A DNA stretch of 60,226 nucleotides, filler included, from Jimgerdemannia flammicorona (lineage: Eukaryota), in the NCBI GenBank assembly GCA_003990765.1. It is 3 parts of 3 records of this genome, joined end to end, with 100 filler letters (N's around TTAATTAATTAA, not from the genome) between each part and the next. Parts side by side here need not be neighbours in the genome. Positions count along the whole stretch, not along the records: positions 40,226 to 60,226 come from RBNJ01001782.1; 2 more parts are not named here. One strand, written 5' to 3'. Positions 48,742 through 60,226 of this stretch are shown here, piece by piece. Position 1 is the first letter of the stretch; every line of letters begins with the position of its first letter. The notes beneath the pieces are model-generated. The model had not been told where the DNA came from. It made no database searches and saw only the letters and a list, made by a program, of their open reading frames with translations. The translations under genes were made by a program, and so were the position numbers.

Positions 48742-50201
48742 TGTAAGCACACAACCTCTAAGCCACCAAAATCGCATGGTATCCTTAGAACTAATTTGGA
48801 AACCATATGCGAGACTACAAAACAAGAGATCATCTGGTTACATGAAATATGCCAGCAAGCACAAGAACTCACTACCAAGATACAAGAATACTAGAAGAAG
48901 TACTACAACCATAAGACTGACTCTGAACTGCTATAACTAGTTTGGTATACTGTACTATTACAAAAGAAAACTGAAAGTACCAAACTCAAATTGAGACAAG
49001 AAGAACCCTATCTCATCTACCAAAAGGTTCATGAATAGTACTTATCAACTCAAGACCAAGATATACTGCAAGACCTCATTACTTAATAGAAGTAAAACAC
49101 ATTTGAACAACTCTGTTCACTCTATCTGTGTCACCTCCGTTAGAGAGTGACAGATGCTTTATCTGAACTCAAGAAAGCCAACAATGTCGAAACCAATCTC
49201 AAGCCATCTACATGACAGATATTACACTAGAAATTGCCTCAGATTATAGAAAATATCATTTCTGAGAGGTTCGAACCCCCAGCCATGATATTGGGAGCCC
49301 TCACTCTAGACAAGAATGGCCAGTCCTCACAAATGTGCTAGCAGACCAAAAAAAAAGAGAACTAAGACCTGTTACCCTTATACAACCACCACCACCAAGG
49401 ATAGCCTTAATCTTACAAGAGATAGAAGTGATGACACCTTGAAACTAATGATGTCAGAAGTCAGAAAACTGCTCAGACTTTGCCAGCAATGATGTCATCA
49501 ATAGTGATGTCATCGAAGACTACCCAGACAGTGCCTAAACCTATAAATAGCCTAAAGCAGTCATAGTATAGTTAGATTAGCCTTGTATGACAGACTATGA
49601 ACTGACTCAGCAGTCAGACAATCTCTTGACATATTAGATCATACTTATACTACATAACTGCATTCTGACTCAGCAAAGCACTTAGTGCTACATCTATATC
49701 TAGCATAGTCCAGATAGCCTCTCACTAGTATATGTAAATACCCCCTCTCCCAGACCTGAACAGACTCGAACACATAAGAACATTCCTGAATACTTCTCTA
49801 CAATATCCCTTCATATAACTACATATCATGAATAGCAAATAAACCTATTCAATAACCCACAAACCACCCTTAAGTAAATCCACTACCTGTTAGGTCCCAC
49901 TCCTAACCCCATCACGAAATTTCCTAATTAGGTATTGTCTGCAGCAATACGCCGATTCAACTAAGCTGGTCTTAGTTTCTTGAACTTCCTGAAATACAGA
50001 AAATCCTAAACATCCAGAACTAGTCCGAAAAAGGACTTTGGTTGAGATGTCAACCCGATCTTGAAATCAATAAGCATAGAGGACATACTCCATATGAAAT
50101 TGATCTTGACCATAAGAAAACAGTCTTCCAGAATATCCAGAACCTCTAGAAAACCTTTTCAGAACTATGTAACAGTTACTCTAAAAAGCAACTCTCTTAC
50201 A
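48742..50201 (+). repeat. Gy-C 3' LTR
   Basis: tgtaag...cttaca inverted termini; followed by the TSD. Confidence 0.95.
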
Positions 50202-51501
50202 AAAACATTATAGGTCTAATGATCTTTATGAATGGAATTCTCCTGAATATTGCCCAGTATGTCTGTACTCTAGATATCAGAAGATCTGAGGAATAAGTAG
50301 ATATAGTCTAAGGATTCTTTGATATCAGATAAGGAACTACCTGGAGTGATTATAACAAGAAGGATGACAAAAAAGACATCCTGGTCAAAGCCCTGCAAGG
50401 ACTCCTCCAAGGACAGAAGAGATCTGAAGAAAGAAGACCAGCCAAAGAAAGAAAGAAGGACAGAAGTGAAATTCAAAACTTCAGCTCTAAGTTGGATCAA
50501 TTGGTTGGATAGATTAAAAAACTCACCACATGTAAAAATTGGAGTTATTAACAGAACAATAGAGGATATCTACTACAGAGCAACCAAGGTTATCTACTAA
50601 GAGATAATAGGAACTATCAGTAAGAAGAAAGAAGATACTCTATCAGAAACAGAGCCCAAGTCTAATGCTTTTACTGTGGACAATTAGGACACTATATCAC
50701 TGAATGTAACAACAAAAGAAGTGATCAAAGAGACTCAGAACCACCAAACTGAAGGAATGAAACCCAGTACAAGAAGACTGAAGCTCACCCTGTTGAAGAA
50801 TTTAAGGAAGTGACCTAGACTTATACTCAGCCAAAGTCAGCACTCAAAAGATAGTTTACCCAGTAGAGAAGAGAAAGAGACCTATAGGAAGGCCATCCAG
50901 AAATACTAGCAGAAGAATTTAAGAGAAAGATGAAGAACATAAAGAGGAGTAAGTAGAAATACCTCTCCAGTCTCTCTTATCTTTTATCTCTAAGATAAAT
51001 GAGCTGCCCCCAGAGGATGAAGAAATAGAGCAAAAAGAATGGGAACCTACTACCCCAAAACTCAAGAAGAAGTATATCCCAAAGATCATATCTAGAGATA
51101 TCTATAATAAAGTCTGGCAAAAGATTCAAGAAGTCAAGATGGAAGTTCCTCTCCTGTAGTTCCTGCAACTGATACCAGCTAGAGTCTAAAATAAATTATT
51201 GAGAACTACCAGATCTAGTACTGGTCAAGTACCAATTCTACAGCAAGAACCAGCTCCCACTCCTATCCAAGCTATAGAGAGACATGACAGCACCTACCTA
51301 CATAGATATATTGGAGGACAAAAGGTGAAAATCCTCATAGATATAGGAGTAGCTATCTGTATCATTGCCAAATAATTCCTGGATATCCTCTAATGGCTCA
51401 TTGATGGACCATCCAATCTCAGCATCATAGTAGCAGATAGAGCCTGAACTCAACCTCTTGGAAAAGTATGAAACATCACTATCTCCCTTGGATACATTTA
51501 G

Positions 51502-51578
<77 letters not shown>

Positions 51579-51677
51579 GTCTCTTGGACTCCGTCTTTAT
51601 TATCAGTCTATGAATAAGTATACAATATAACCACCCACTAACCAATCCCCATTGGGGGGCCCCACCCCACCTCCTCA

Positions 51678-54600
51678 CATATAAAGACCACCCTCTCACC
51701 AACAACTCCAACTCTCCCACCACTCTGACCACAGATTTTCACCACTAAGTGGCGCCTCCAACCCCCCAGCATCCCCCAGCCAAGCCACTATCCCATCAAG
51801 GTATCTTCCATAAGGAACTGCCACCTTGCTAACTGGCTCCCCAAGCTCTGTCGCTTCTCCTCCTCAAATACAAATAGCCAGTGTCCGGCCAGCCCAACCC
51901 AAATAGCCAATGTCCAGCCTAGCATAACCCACTCTTCCCCTACCCCTCCTATCAATCGATCCCTGAGGTCCTCCCACCTCCCCCATACATCATCACCCCT
52001 ACGCCTTACCCCCAAGCGGTTCCCAATGGCCTGCCAAAAGTCTCCCAACACCTCACACTCCCCTAGCCAATGTTCTGGCATCTGTACCAATCCCCCTTCC
52101 TGCCCTACATTATGGTACTCCTCGCAGTCAAAGCAGCCCCCAACAACAAGGTGTCCTGAGTGGAAGTTAAGCATTACATTCCTCCTCAGCACACGCCACC
52201 AGACTATCTAGTACTTCGGCGGTATCCAGTTTTTCACTGTGGCACTCCAGTTCCAAACCCCATGCCAGTCCTACTCCTCACCAATTCCAACTCTTTGCCA
52301 ACCGCTAGGCCACAGATCCTGGCCCGGTCCCCTTTGGCATTCGATGCCATCACTTATGCTGAACTCCAGTAAAGGCACGCCTCCCAGAAGAATGCTATCC
52401 CATCTCTACATCGCCGGGCCCCAAGCCCTCTCCCTCTCATCCCCTCGCTAGCGAATACCAATGCGGTGTGCCCCCTCAGCTATACCCCACCAGAAGCCTT
52501 TATATCTCAGTTGCACAGTGTTCTGAAGCCCAACCAATGAAAGAAGATCGCCAGTCAAGCCTCTAGGTGATGTCCTCCCCTCCCATATCTTCTGCAGCAA
52601 GGGGACCCAGCCCCCTCCATGCAACTCCATCGCCCTCCTCAGCCACCAAGCCCGCAAGTAGTGTAGTCTTTTGGGGAAGTCCACCAGCCCAAGACCACCT
52701 CTAGTCACTGGTAGAGACAGAGTCTCCCAACCAATCTGACTCTGTCTGCCAGCCCAAATCCATCCCTTGGCCACCTTCACCAATCTCTTCACCACCCAGG
52801 CTGGGAAGTCCAGATGATAGGCCAAATACCACAGCTTCGGTAGCCAGTAAACATTCAAAATCGAGATCCTTCCTGCCAGAGAGAAGTGTCTACCTCCCCA
52901 ACCCCGCAGGTCTTCCTCCCAAATTCTAATCCTCTGCTCCCACCACAGCCTGGGCAAAACAGACCCATAGACCAACAAATAGATGCCCAAGTACTGCACT
53001 ACCTCTCCAGTGGGGACAATTGTCCCAATAACTTCCCCACCCACCAAGCCATTGCCCAGCACCATTGTCTCACACTTGTGCCAATTCAGCTTTGCCCTAG
53101 AGTTCGCCTCATACCACTCCACTGTCTTCTGGAGCTCCTTGACATCCGCAGTCACCCCCAAACTGACCACCATGTCATCTACAAAGGCTCCAACCTTCCA
53201 GCCAATTCCATAGATAGATAGCCCCACGATCCTCTGCCGAATCCTGTCCATGAGAGGTTCCAAGGAAAGAGCATACAAAATGGGGGACAGTGGGTCCCCC
53301 TGGGGCACTCCCTTGCCCAGAGGGAAGGCTACCCCTCGATGTCCATTGTACACCAGCACAGCCCTACTCCTTTCCAGTAGACTGACCATTGCTGACCGAA
53401 ATGAGGCTGGAACTCCAATCCTATCCAATACTTTCACCAGCCAGACCCACCATACCCGGTCATAAGCCTTCTCCTGATCCAAGAAGACAAGATGCCCATC
53501 TAGTCCACAGGCTCGAGCACCTTCAATAACTCCATATACCCAGGCCGTGCCATCTCTGATGAGCCGACCCCCGATGAAGCCCCTCTGTTCAACACCCACA
53601 ATCTGCTGGGCCACCTTCTGTAGCCTCACGACTACCACCTTAGTCACCAACTTCCTGTCCATATCTAACAGCATTATCGGCTGCCAGTTCCTCCAATCCT
53701 CTCGCCTTCCCTTGTTCTTATAGAGCAGTGTCACCAGTCCAAGGTCTTGCTCCCCCACCCATCTCCCTGACTGCAATATAGAGTCACACAGTGCTGTCAA
53801 CTCCCCCAATATGCCCGGGACTCCAACCATTCGCTTCCAGAAATCCCAGGGGAGGCCATCCTCCCAGCACCGTGCCCGAGGCTGTCGCGGCAAAAACCTG
53901 GTGGATCTCATCCTCCTCTACTGGCATCACCAGATCACCTAGTCCCTCAGCTTACGGTGGGTGCCAATCTTCTAATGTTTGTTCAATGGCTGTAGCATCT
54001 GCCCCACCCTCCTCCTCACTCCACAATCCACTCCATCGTGCCTTCAGCATTCCAAGGATATCCTGTACACCATGCACTAGTACATCATCTGAGTCAAGTA
54101 CCCCTTCCCACCACTGCTGTACCCTTCTCGCCCGAAGTATCCTTGTGAGAAACTTGGAAGGCCTCTCCCCTTCCTCCACCCCCTGCTAGCAAAGCCGAGC
54201 CACCAGGCCCCGCACCCTTGACTCTTCCTCTTCCCGCAGCACCTGTTGCAGTTCCCCAACCTCCATCCTTACCCTCGTAATTCTCCAATCCTCTTCTCCC
54301 TCTACTGCAGCCAGTCTCGCCCACTCCTCCAGAAGCCTAGCCAATCTAGTAGAAGCCCAATGTACTTTCTGCCTTCGCTGCTTCCCAGCCACTCTGCCAA
54401 CCTCACTCCAATACATCCTGGCCATCTCTTTCATCCTCATCCACCGAACCCCAATCACTGCCCCTTCCTGCTGCCAATTTGCCACCTTCAGCTGAATGTC
54501 TTTCGCCCACTCCTCCCATCAGACCTCATCATCCAACAAGGAGGAATTCAGGTGCCAATGTCCAGGCCCATCTCTACTTCCCCCAAAAAACCCCTGTCCC

Positions 54601-55292
54601 AAGAGACCCCAGTGATCCGACCATGGGCACCATTCAACCTCTAACACCTTCCAGACATCTTGGCCCCAACAGTCGGCCGTCAGAATCCAGTCAATCCTTG
54701 TCCCCAGACCTCCAGCCCAATGCGTATATACTCTCCTGTCCCCCCAGTGCTCCCTACCAGCATCCACCAGTGCTCCTAGCCTTTCAACCTCCTCCCACGT
54801 CACTAACCCCCCACTCCTGCTCTCCGCACCCCGTCCTCCATCAGTTCTATCCAGTCGTACATCCCAAACCATATTGAAATCTCCTCCAAGCATGTCCAAC
54901 CCAGCTTCAGCAAGGATCCCACTCTCCTGTAGCCCTTTCACCCAATCCACATGCTCCCCCTGCACCGCAGGGCAGTAACAGGAGCCAACTGTGACTGGCT
55001 CCCAACCTGCTCGAATCCACTCACCTCAGACCAGTCTCTCCCCCCAGCTCCTCACATCCTTTATCTCCCCTCTGCCTTTCTGAACCAGAATCCCAACCTT
55101 GCTGTTCCAAATTACCATGCTACCCCATTCCTTAGTCCATTCTATCCTATCAGCATCATCCTCGCACCTGACATCCTGCAAGAGGAAGAGATCGGCCTCC
55201 AATCCCTTCAACCAAAGAAAAATGTTCCTGTGTCTAGCTGCGCCCCTAAGCCCATTCACGTTCAAAGAAAAAATGTTGGTTGTACTGTTCAT
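51678..55292 (-). pseudogene. LINE D ORF2: APE endonuclease, reverse transcriptase, C-terminal Cys/His motif
   Basis: SLNVNGL, LLQD, GGDFN, RIDWI, SDH; DQEKAYDRV, GVPQGDPLSP, FVDD, YLG; CFDC...EHWLGEC; several transition stops and one frameshift near 53865; 3' end approximate. Confidence 0.92.
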
Positions 55293-55322
55293 ATTAAAAT
55301 ATGGTTTGTTCCTGATCAATCC

Positions 55323-57353
55323 CTACTGCTCCATGCCCCTCTCCTCCTGTGCCATGTCCAGATTATGTTCAGCCATCACCTCCTCCTCTTCGGCCCTCTG
55401 AGCCTCCAGTCTAGCCAACAGCTCATTCATTTCCTCATCAGCCTTCTTCTCAAACTCCTCATGGTACTCGATGCAAGCCTCCTGCCAAAGTTGCAACCCA
55501 TGACACCTGTTCCAACAGTACTCAGCCTTCTCCCCAGCCACCACTGCCAACTCTGCCTCCCTCTCCTTATCCACCTCATACCCTTCCTCCACCAGGTACA
55601 CCGCGAGAATTTCCGCCTTCAGCACCATCACCACCCCTTCCCCCTGCAAAATTCTCATCCAATGCTCATCACCCATCCCATGCAAGTCCATCTCCCCCAG
55701 CTCGTCTGCCGCCAGGTTATTCATCATCTGGCACATCCAAAGTAGGTTCCCCACCTCCTTACCACCAGGGGTCGCCAGCCTCCCTCCATCCAGCATCATG
55801 GTGTCTGCTCCCGCACTCACGTTCTCATCCCACACCTCTGGGACATCTACCAGTTCCTCCTCTCCTGCTGCCCCCACTTGGTCCCCATCCGACACCTCCA
55901 GGACACTGAATTTCACCTGCTGGGTTCCCAGCATCATCACGTTCTCCCCAGGCCTGTTCCTGGAGGCCGGGCCATGCCTGATTAGAGGGGAAGGGGAGGG
56001 GGAGTTCTCCCAGCTGGCATCCCAAATCTCCAAGGTGCCGTCAGTATATAGGTCTCTAATCTCCACCTCCTTAGCCTTTCCGGACCCTGCCCCTTCATTC
56101 CCACTCCTCTCACCAGCCCAGACACTCGCTCTGGCCCCTTCTGTACCCGTCTTCGTGCTCGCATCCTTCTGATGACCACCCCCCAGCTTGGCCAGCAAAT
56201 CCTTCTGCCTCTTCCACCCTTGAGCCCTTTCCCACTGCACCTTGTCCACTCGAATCCTCTTTCCATCCACCACCTCCAGGAGCGTCAACTCCTTGAAAGC
56301 CTTCCAGGCCTTAGCTCGCCATTCCACAGCCCCATCCAGCTCCTCCAGTGCTTCCAATAAATCCTCCTCCTCTTCTTCACTCCCTTTCACCCACGTCACC
56401 TTGTACAGGAAAGCCCCCCAGACCAACACCGAAGGCCAGTCCCTCGTCTTCACGGTAGCCTCTTTCCCAGCTAGCCGAATCCTTACATCCACATCCCCAG
56501 TCCTGAGCGTGGTCCCTTCCCAGACCCTGAATCTGATATCCACCACCTCGCCATACTCCGCCATGACATCCTCCACTCTCTTCCTCGTCTCCATCGCCGT
56601 CACTGTGGGTACTCCTTTCACCAGCAATTGGACCACCCTCGGATCCCATTTCAAACACCTTGCCATCGAAACATACACCTCCCCAACCACTAACCCAACC
56701 TTCAGTGCCTCCTCCAGTGGTTTCACCTCCTCAAATCCCACCTCCACCCCCTCCAGTCCCTTCAGAAACTTCACCGAAGCCGCTCCTGCCACCTGCTTAG
56801 CAATAAGCCCCAACACCATTTTTGCCGTAACTGCTAAGCCCCGGAAGCACAGCATGACTGCGAATGCTGAGATCGACTTCTTGAGTAACGGAGCCACTGC
56901 CAGTCCCGTCACACCATCTGCCAGGTCCCCGGGCCTCGTGCCCTTCCCACTGCTCAGCTCACCATCAGCAGTCCCATCTAGATTTTTTTCCAGATCACCC
57001 GTCACACCCCCATCAGCAGTCTCCACCCCAGCCGCTATTCCCCCAGCTCCACTCCTATGGCCCTCTAGAGAGGCACCTCCAAGTGATTGCTGCCTGGAAG
57101 CCACCACCGGTACCTTCCCCCCTCTCAGCCAGCTCTCTAGTCCAGCTCCCTGTCGACCCCCCTTCACCTTCTCCGCAAAGCTCACTCTGCTGGACCCTTG
57201 ACCTCCAGCTCCACCCCCTCTTCCACCGCGGCCCCCTGCCAGCAGGCCCCTCATACTTCCCCCCAAGCCGGGACCTCTCCCCACTTGCTGCTATTCAAAC
57301 GCTCCAGGGCCACCCTGCCCAGTATGCACCTCCAGATGCTCGTTGGTCGCCAT
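55323..57353 (-). pseudogene. LINE D ORF1 (~676 codons, one TGG>TAG stop at codon 21)
   Basis: ATG 57353 matches ORF1 starts of other copies; 653-codon open stretch; RRM-like segment VVQLLVKGVP...YGEVVDIRF; acidic C-terminus. Confidence 0.85.
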
Positions 57354-57436
57354 GATACTAGTAGCTTTTCTCCAGAAACTGTGTCGAAAGTGTTGCCAAA
57401 GGGTTGTGTAACCTGAATGTTACCGGAGAAAGGTGG

Positions 57437-58916
57437 TGGTATCATAGATTCTTCCTGAATCAGTAGGCTTCTGGGAATAATAACTCAGCAGTTCTTCTGA
57501 GAATAGTAGATGGTGCAGATTCTTCTAAATCAGCTCACTAGGAACAAACTAATAACTTAGATAGCATAGATTCTTAGCAAGTTACATCAAAGACTGGTTT
57601 CATTTGTGCAGAGTTACATCATTAGACTGGCTCTACTGTGAAGTTGCATTAACAGACTAGCTTGTAGCAAGTAAGGCAGACTTTCTAGAAATATGGTGAA
57701 TAACTCAAAGAGTAGCAAAGTTCTTTCTTAAACTTGGCAGATTTCTCAGATTCTTCAGGCTTATCTGATAAGTGAACCAAAAACATAACAAACTCTTCTT
57801 TATATTAGAAAGTGGACTAAAGTAGAAAGGAATACTTTGCTCACAATCTCCTAGCAGTGACTGTAGAGTTTCTCTCAAGGTAAACAGACTTGACTTTTGC
57901 TTTGGATTCAATTCAGACTAAGGTTTATTCATTCTTATCTCTAGGGTATTTTATACAGTTGTGGTTGCTACTGGTTACTACATTGCTAACTATAGATTGC
58001 TAACTATGGCAAGTATTCCTTGAGAGTACAGTATATCTTGAGAGTATGGTATATCTTGAGGGTATAGTGTATCTGGAGAGTATAGATAAACATACTGTTT
58101 CTGGTATCTCTGGCTAAATATACAGGTTGGTGCAGTAAAGCAGTCTTAGTTACTTAGTATACTAGATATAGTATATGGCTAATTTATGATTTCAGCAATA
58201 CAATTCTGTTGCTCATCACATCAGCTCCCACTAAAGGATAGTCTACCCTCAGATAATCCTTTAGTCATCATCTCAATGTGCATAAGCATCTTCAGTATCA
58301 ATATCTGAATCAGTATCTTCATTTGAATCAGAGTCACTCCATTCAACAGATTCTTCTTCTTTCTTTAGAAACAGGATCTCAACATGGTTGATTATGCTCT
58401 AGTAGATAATAGGATTCATGTTTTGAATATTATTCAGGAGGAATTGTGCCTGTATCAATACTGGCACATTTTATTTGTAGATTGTATATAATCTGTCTGC
58501 AGCAGTAGTATTTTTCTGGGTGAGGCCAATGGAGTTTCTGATGTAGGTTAGGTCTGTTGCTGAGAGGTTCTGCAACTATTCTCTAATTACATAGTAGGCC
58601 TGTAGCTGGTGGACTTGTAGTAAACATCTGACCAAGGTGAGGTTCTCTTGATGGGTCTGGATTTACTGAAGGGGATTTCTGTTGGCTTGTTGGAATTGTG
58701 GAAGGGAAACTGGGAGTGATTGGAATGAACTCAGAATAAAAGTCTAGAGGTACTGGGTTTATGATGAGAGAGATATATCTTGAAGCAGTTGATGTATACT
58801 AGTATTCTGAGGGTCTATCCATTCATGCTTTTTAAATAGATGCTGGTTCCTCTGATATTGTGTACAAGATAAGGTCCTTTCCATTTGGGCTCTAGTTTGG
58901 CAGCAAAATTTATCTC
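57437..58916 (-). mobile_element. Gy-D copy 3, 3' fragment: integrase tail, accessory ORF and 3' LTR (starts 58220)
   Basis: 57437-57980 is the reverse complement of Gy-D LTR sequence; TG start at 58220; AAKLEPKWKGPY near 58900. Confidence 0.8.
58261..58740 (-). pseudogene. Gy-D accessory ORF remnant (~160 codons)
   Basis: One frame: NPLQ*IQTHQENLT...QLQAYYVIRE*LQNLSATD...TQKNTTAADRLYTIY, then an Asp/Glu-rich tail. Confidence 0.65.
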
Positions 58917-60212
58917 TTTTTTTTATTTTTTTATTTTATAGTCACTTGGACTCCTTTCTTTATTAATACAGCCATCTATTCTATATATAATATACTAAGC
59001 CCACCCCTCCCCTTCTCACTTTCTCTCGATTAAAGACCACTAGGCCATTAATCACCTCCACCTGCTCACCACTTTGTCCACAAATCTCTTCTACCAAATA
59101 GCAGCAATGTCTATCCTGGAGACTCCATCCAACCCACCACCCTGTCAGTATATCTCCCACCAATCTCTCTCATCTTAACAACCTCTCCTGCAGCCCCAGC
59201 TATTGCCTCTCTTTAAAAATGAAGAGCCAATATCCAGCTAGCCCTACCTATACAGCTAAAACCCACTCTATAGTGAGCCATTCATTGCTCACCCCACCCA
59301 CTAACCTAGTTCTCAAATCTTCCCAACAACCCCTCTCCCCCTCTGGTCTTCTCTTTACATCCAGCTAGTCTCCTACTGCTATCCAAAAGTCCCCCAGAAC
59401 CTCACACTCTCTCAACCAATGTTCTGACATCTGTACAAATCTCCCAACTTGTCTGATATTGTAGCATGCTTCATATTCCAGTAGGCCACCATCTATCAGA
59501 TGTCCAGTATAGAAATTTAACATGATATTCCTCTATAACATCTGCCACTATACTACTCAGTACTTGTGAGGAAGCCATCTCCACATCTCAGCACTCTATG
59601 TCCAGACTACTGCCTAATTCCAGTTCTTGCCAATCCTCACTGCTTGCCAACTGCTAGGCCAAAGATTCTGACCAAGTCCCCTCTGATACTCCACTCTATC
59701 ACCAATATCAAATCTACTAAAAGGAGTACCCTCCAGAAGCAATCTGTCCTATCTCTATATAGCTGGTTCCCACAGTATCTCTCCTTCATTACTATAACAG
59801 CACAAGCCAATATAGTATGCTCCATCTGCTACCCCCTACTAGAAGCCTTTATACTACAGCTATTAGCTTCTACCCAGGTTCACTAGGGAAAGAAAATTCC
59901 CCAAAGACCCTCTTGGGGAGAATCTCATCTCCCATATCTTCTATATGAGCAGCACCCATCCTCCTCCCCTCAGTTCCACAGCCTGCTTCAACCACCAAGC
60001 TCTCAGACAGTGCAGCCTTTTAGGAAAGTCCACCAGTCCTAGTCCCCCTTGAACTACTAGTATTGAAAGAGTTTTCCAACTGATCTGAGACTGCCTTCCA
60101 GCCCAAATCTAGTCCCTAGCCAGCTTCATCAGTCTCTTCACCACCCAAGCTGGAAAATTCAAGTGATAGGCAATATACTACAGCTTAGGGAATCAGTAGA
60201 CATTCAGAATTG
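58917..60212 (-). mobile_element. LINE copy E, 3' fragment of a diverged subfamily
   Basis: T-rich tail at 58917; 3' end tatagtcacttggactcc like copy D; GGLGLVDF / PKL.Y region; cut at a second poly(T) at the contig end. Confidence 0.85.
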
Positions 60213-60226
60213 TTTTTTTTTTTTTT

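Larger units (their letters stand above)
44949..48745 (+). pseudogene. Gy-C polyprotein remnant: long N-terminal extension, gag, CCHC, dUTPase, Cys/His module, protease, chromodomain-like fragment
   Basis: ORF pieces 45189, 46311, 47886 and 48300 share one frame; CFYCQKTGHMASAC at 47256; AAGYDL, GGVIDEDY, GSKGFGSS; MIDSSASGNFI; EEYKVEQILNK; start codon inferred. Confidence 0.8.
43890..50201 (+). mobile_element. Gy-C: internally deleted (non-autonomous) chromovirus-like LTR element with dUTPase
   Basis: Two ~1460-bp LTRs, 5-bp TSD aaaac (43885-43889 and 50202-50206), PBS, PPT; gag-dUTPase-protease then a chromodomain-like fragment; no RT, RNase H or integrase core. Confidence 0.95.
40261..51506 (+). 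mobile_element. Gy-D copy 2 (LTR to ~41462, leader, gag, protease), split by nested insertions
   Basis: Segments ~40640-41539, 42905-43889 and 50207-51506 align in order with Gy-D copy 1; start coordinate approximate. Confidence 0.85.
51507..57436 (-). mobile_element. LINE copy D, full-length and least mutated (L1/Tx1-like)
   Basis: 69-nt poly(T), complete ORF1 and ORF2 layout, many CpG retained; no matching TSD. Confidence 0.95.

Noticed and set aside
55293..55325. LINE ORF1-ORF2 stop-codon readthrough (30-nt in-frame spacer in copies A and D)
   Set aside because: Copies B and C have a 31-nt spacer, so the frame is not conserved
56242..57201. Long antisense ORFs over LINE ORF1 (also 13230-14021, 37798-38547, 54951-55745)
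   Set aside because: Ser/Pro/Thr-rich shadow frames expected from the G-rich coding strand; no domain signal
58735..58770. ATGnnTAA overlap between integrase and accessory ORF in Gy-D
   Set aside because: No ATG survives and a probable 1-nt indel makes the frame relationship ambiguous

Overview
This is eukaryotic, almost certainly fungal, repeat-derived DNA; the mix of elements suggests an early-diverging lineage such as Mucoromycota/Glomeromycotina, which is an inference. I see no convincing host gene. The window is three separate contigs (1-20015, 20116-40125, 40226-60226) joined by 100-nt N spacers containing TTAATTAATTAA. It is a nested transposon graveyard with four Ty3/gypsy LTR families (called Gy-A to Gy-D here), five copies of an L1/Tx1-type LINE, an intron-rich hAT transposon plus its MITE, a second ~190-bp MITE family, and a ~1.2-kb poly(A)-tailed non-autonomous retroposon. 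Copies are degraded almost only by C>T/G>A transitions (RIP-like or methylation-driven). The most interesting signal is the architecture of the gypsy elements, which resembles complex retroviruses. (1) In Gy-A and Gy-B, integrase is a separate +1 ORF joined to gag-pol by an ATGnnTAA stop/start overlap, and the same overlap links integrase to a third ORF in Gy-A. (2) An apparently homologous, unrecognised accessory ORF occurs in all four families, before the 3' LTR in two and inside the LTR U3 in two. (3) A dUTPase plus a small C-x-H-x12-C-x2-C module occurs in opposite orders relative to the protease in different families. All protein alignments were done by eye and need HMM or structure confirmation.
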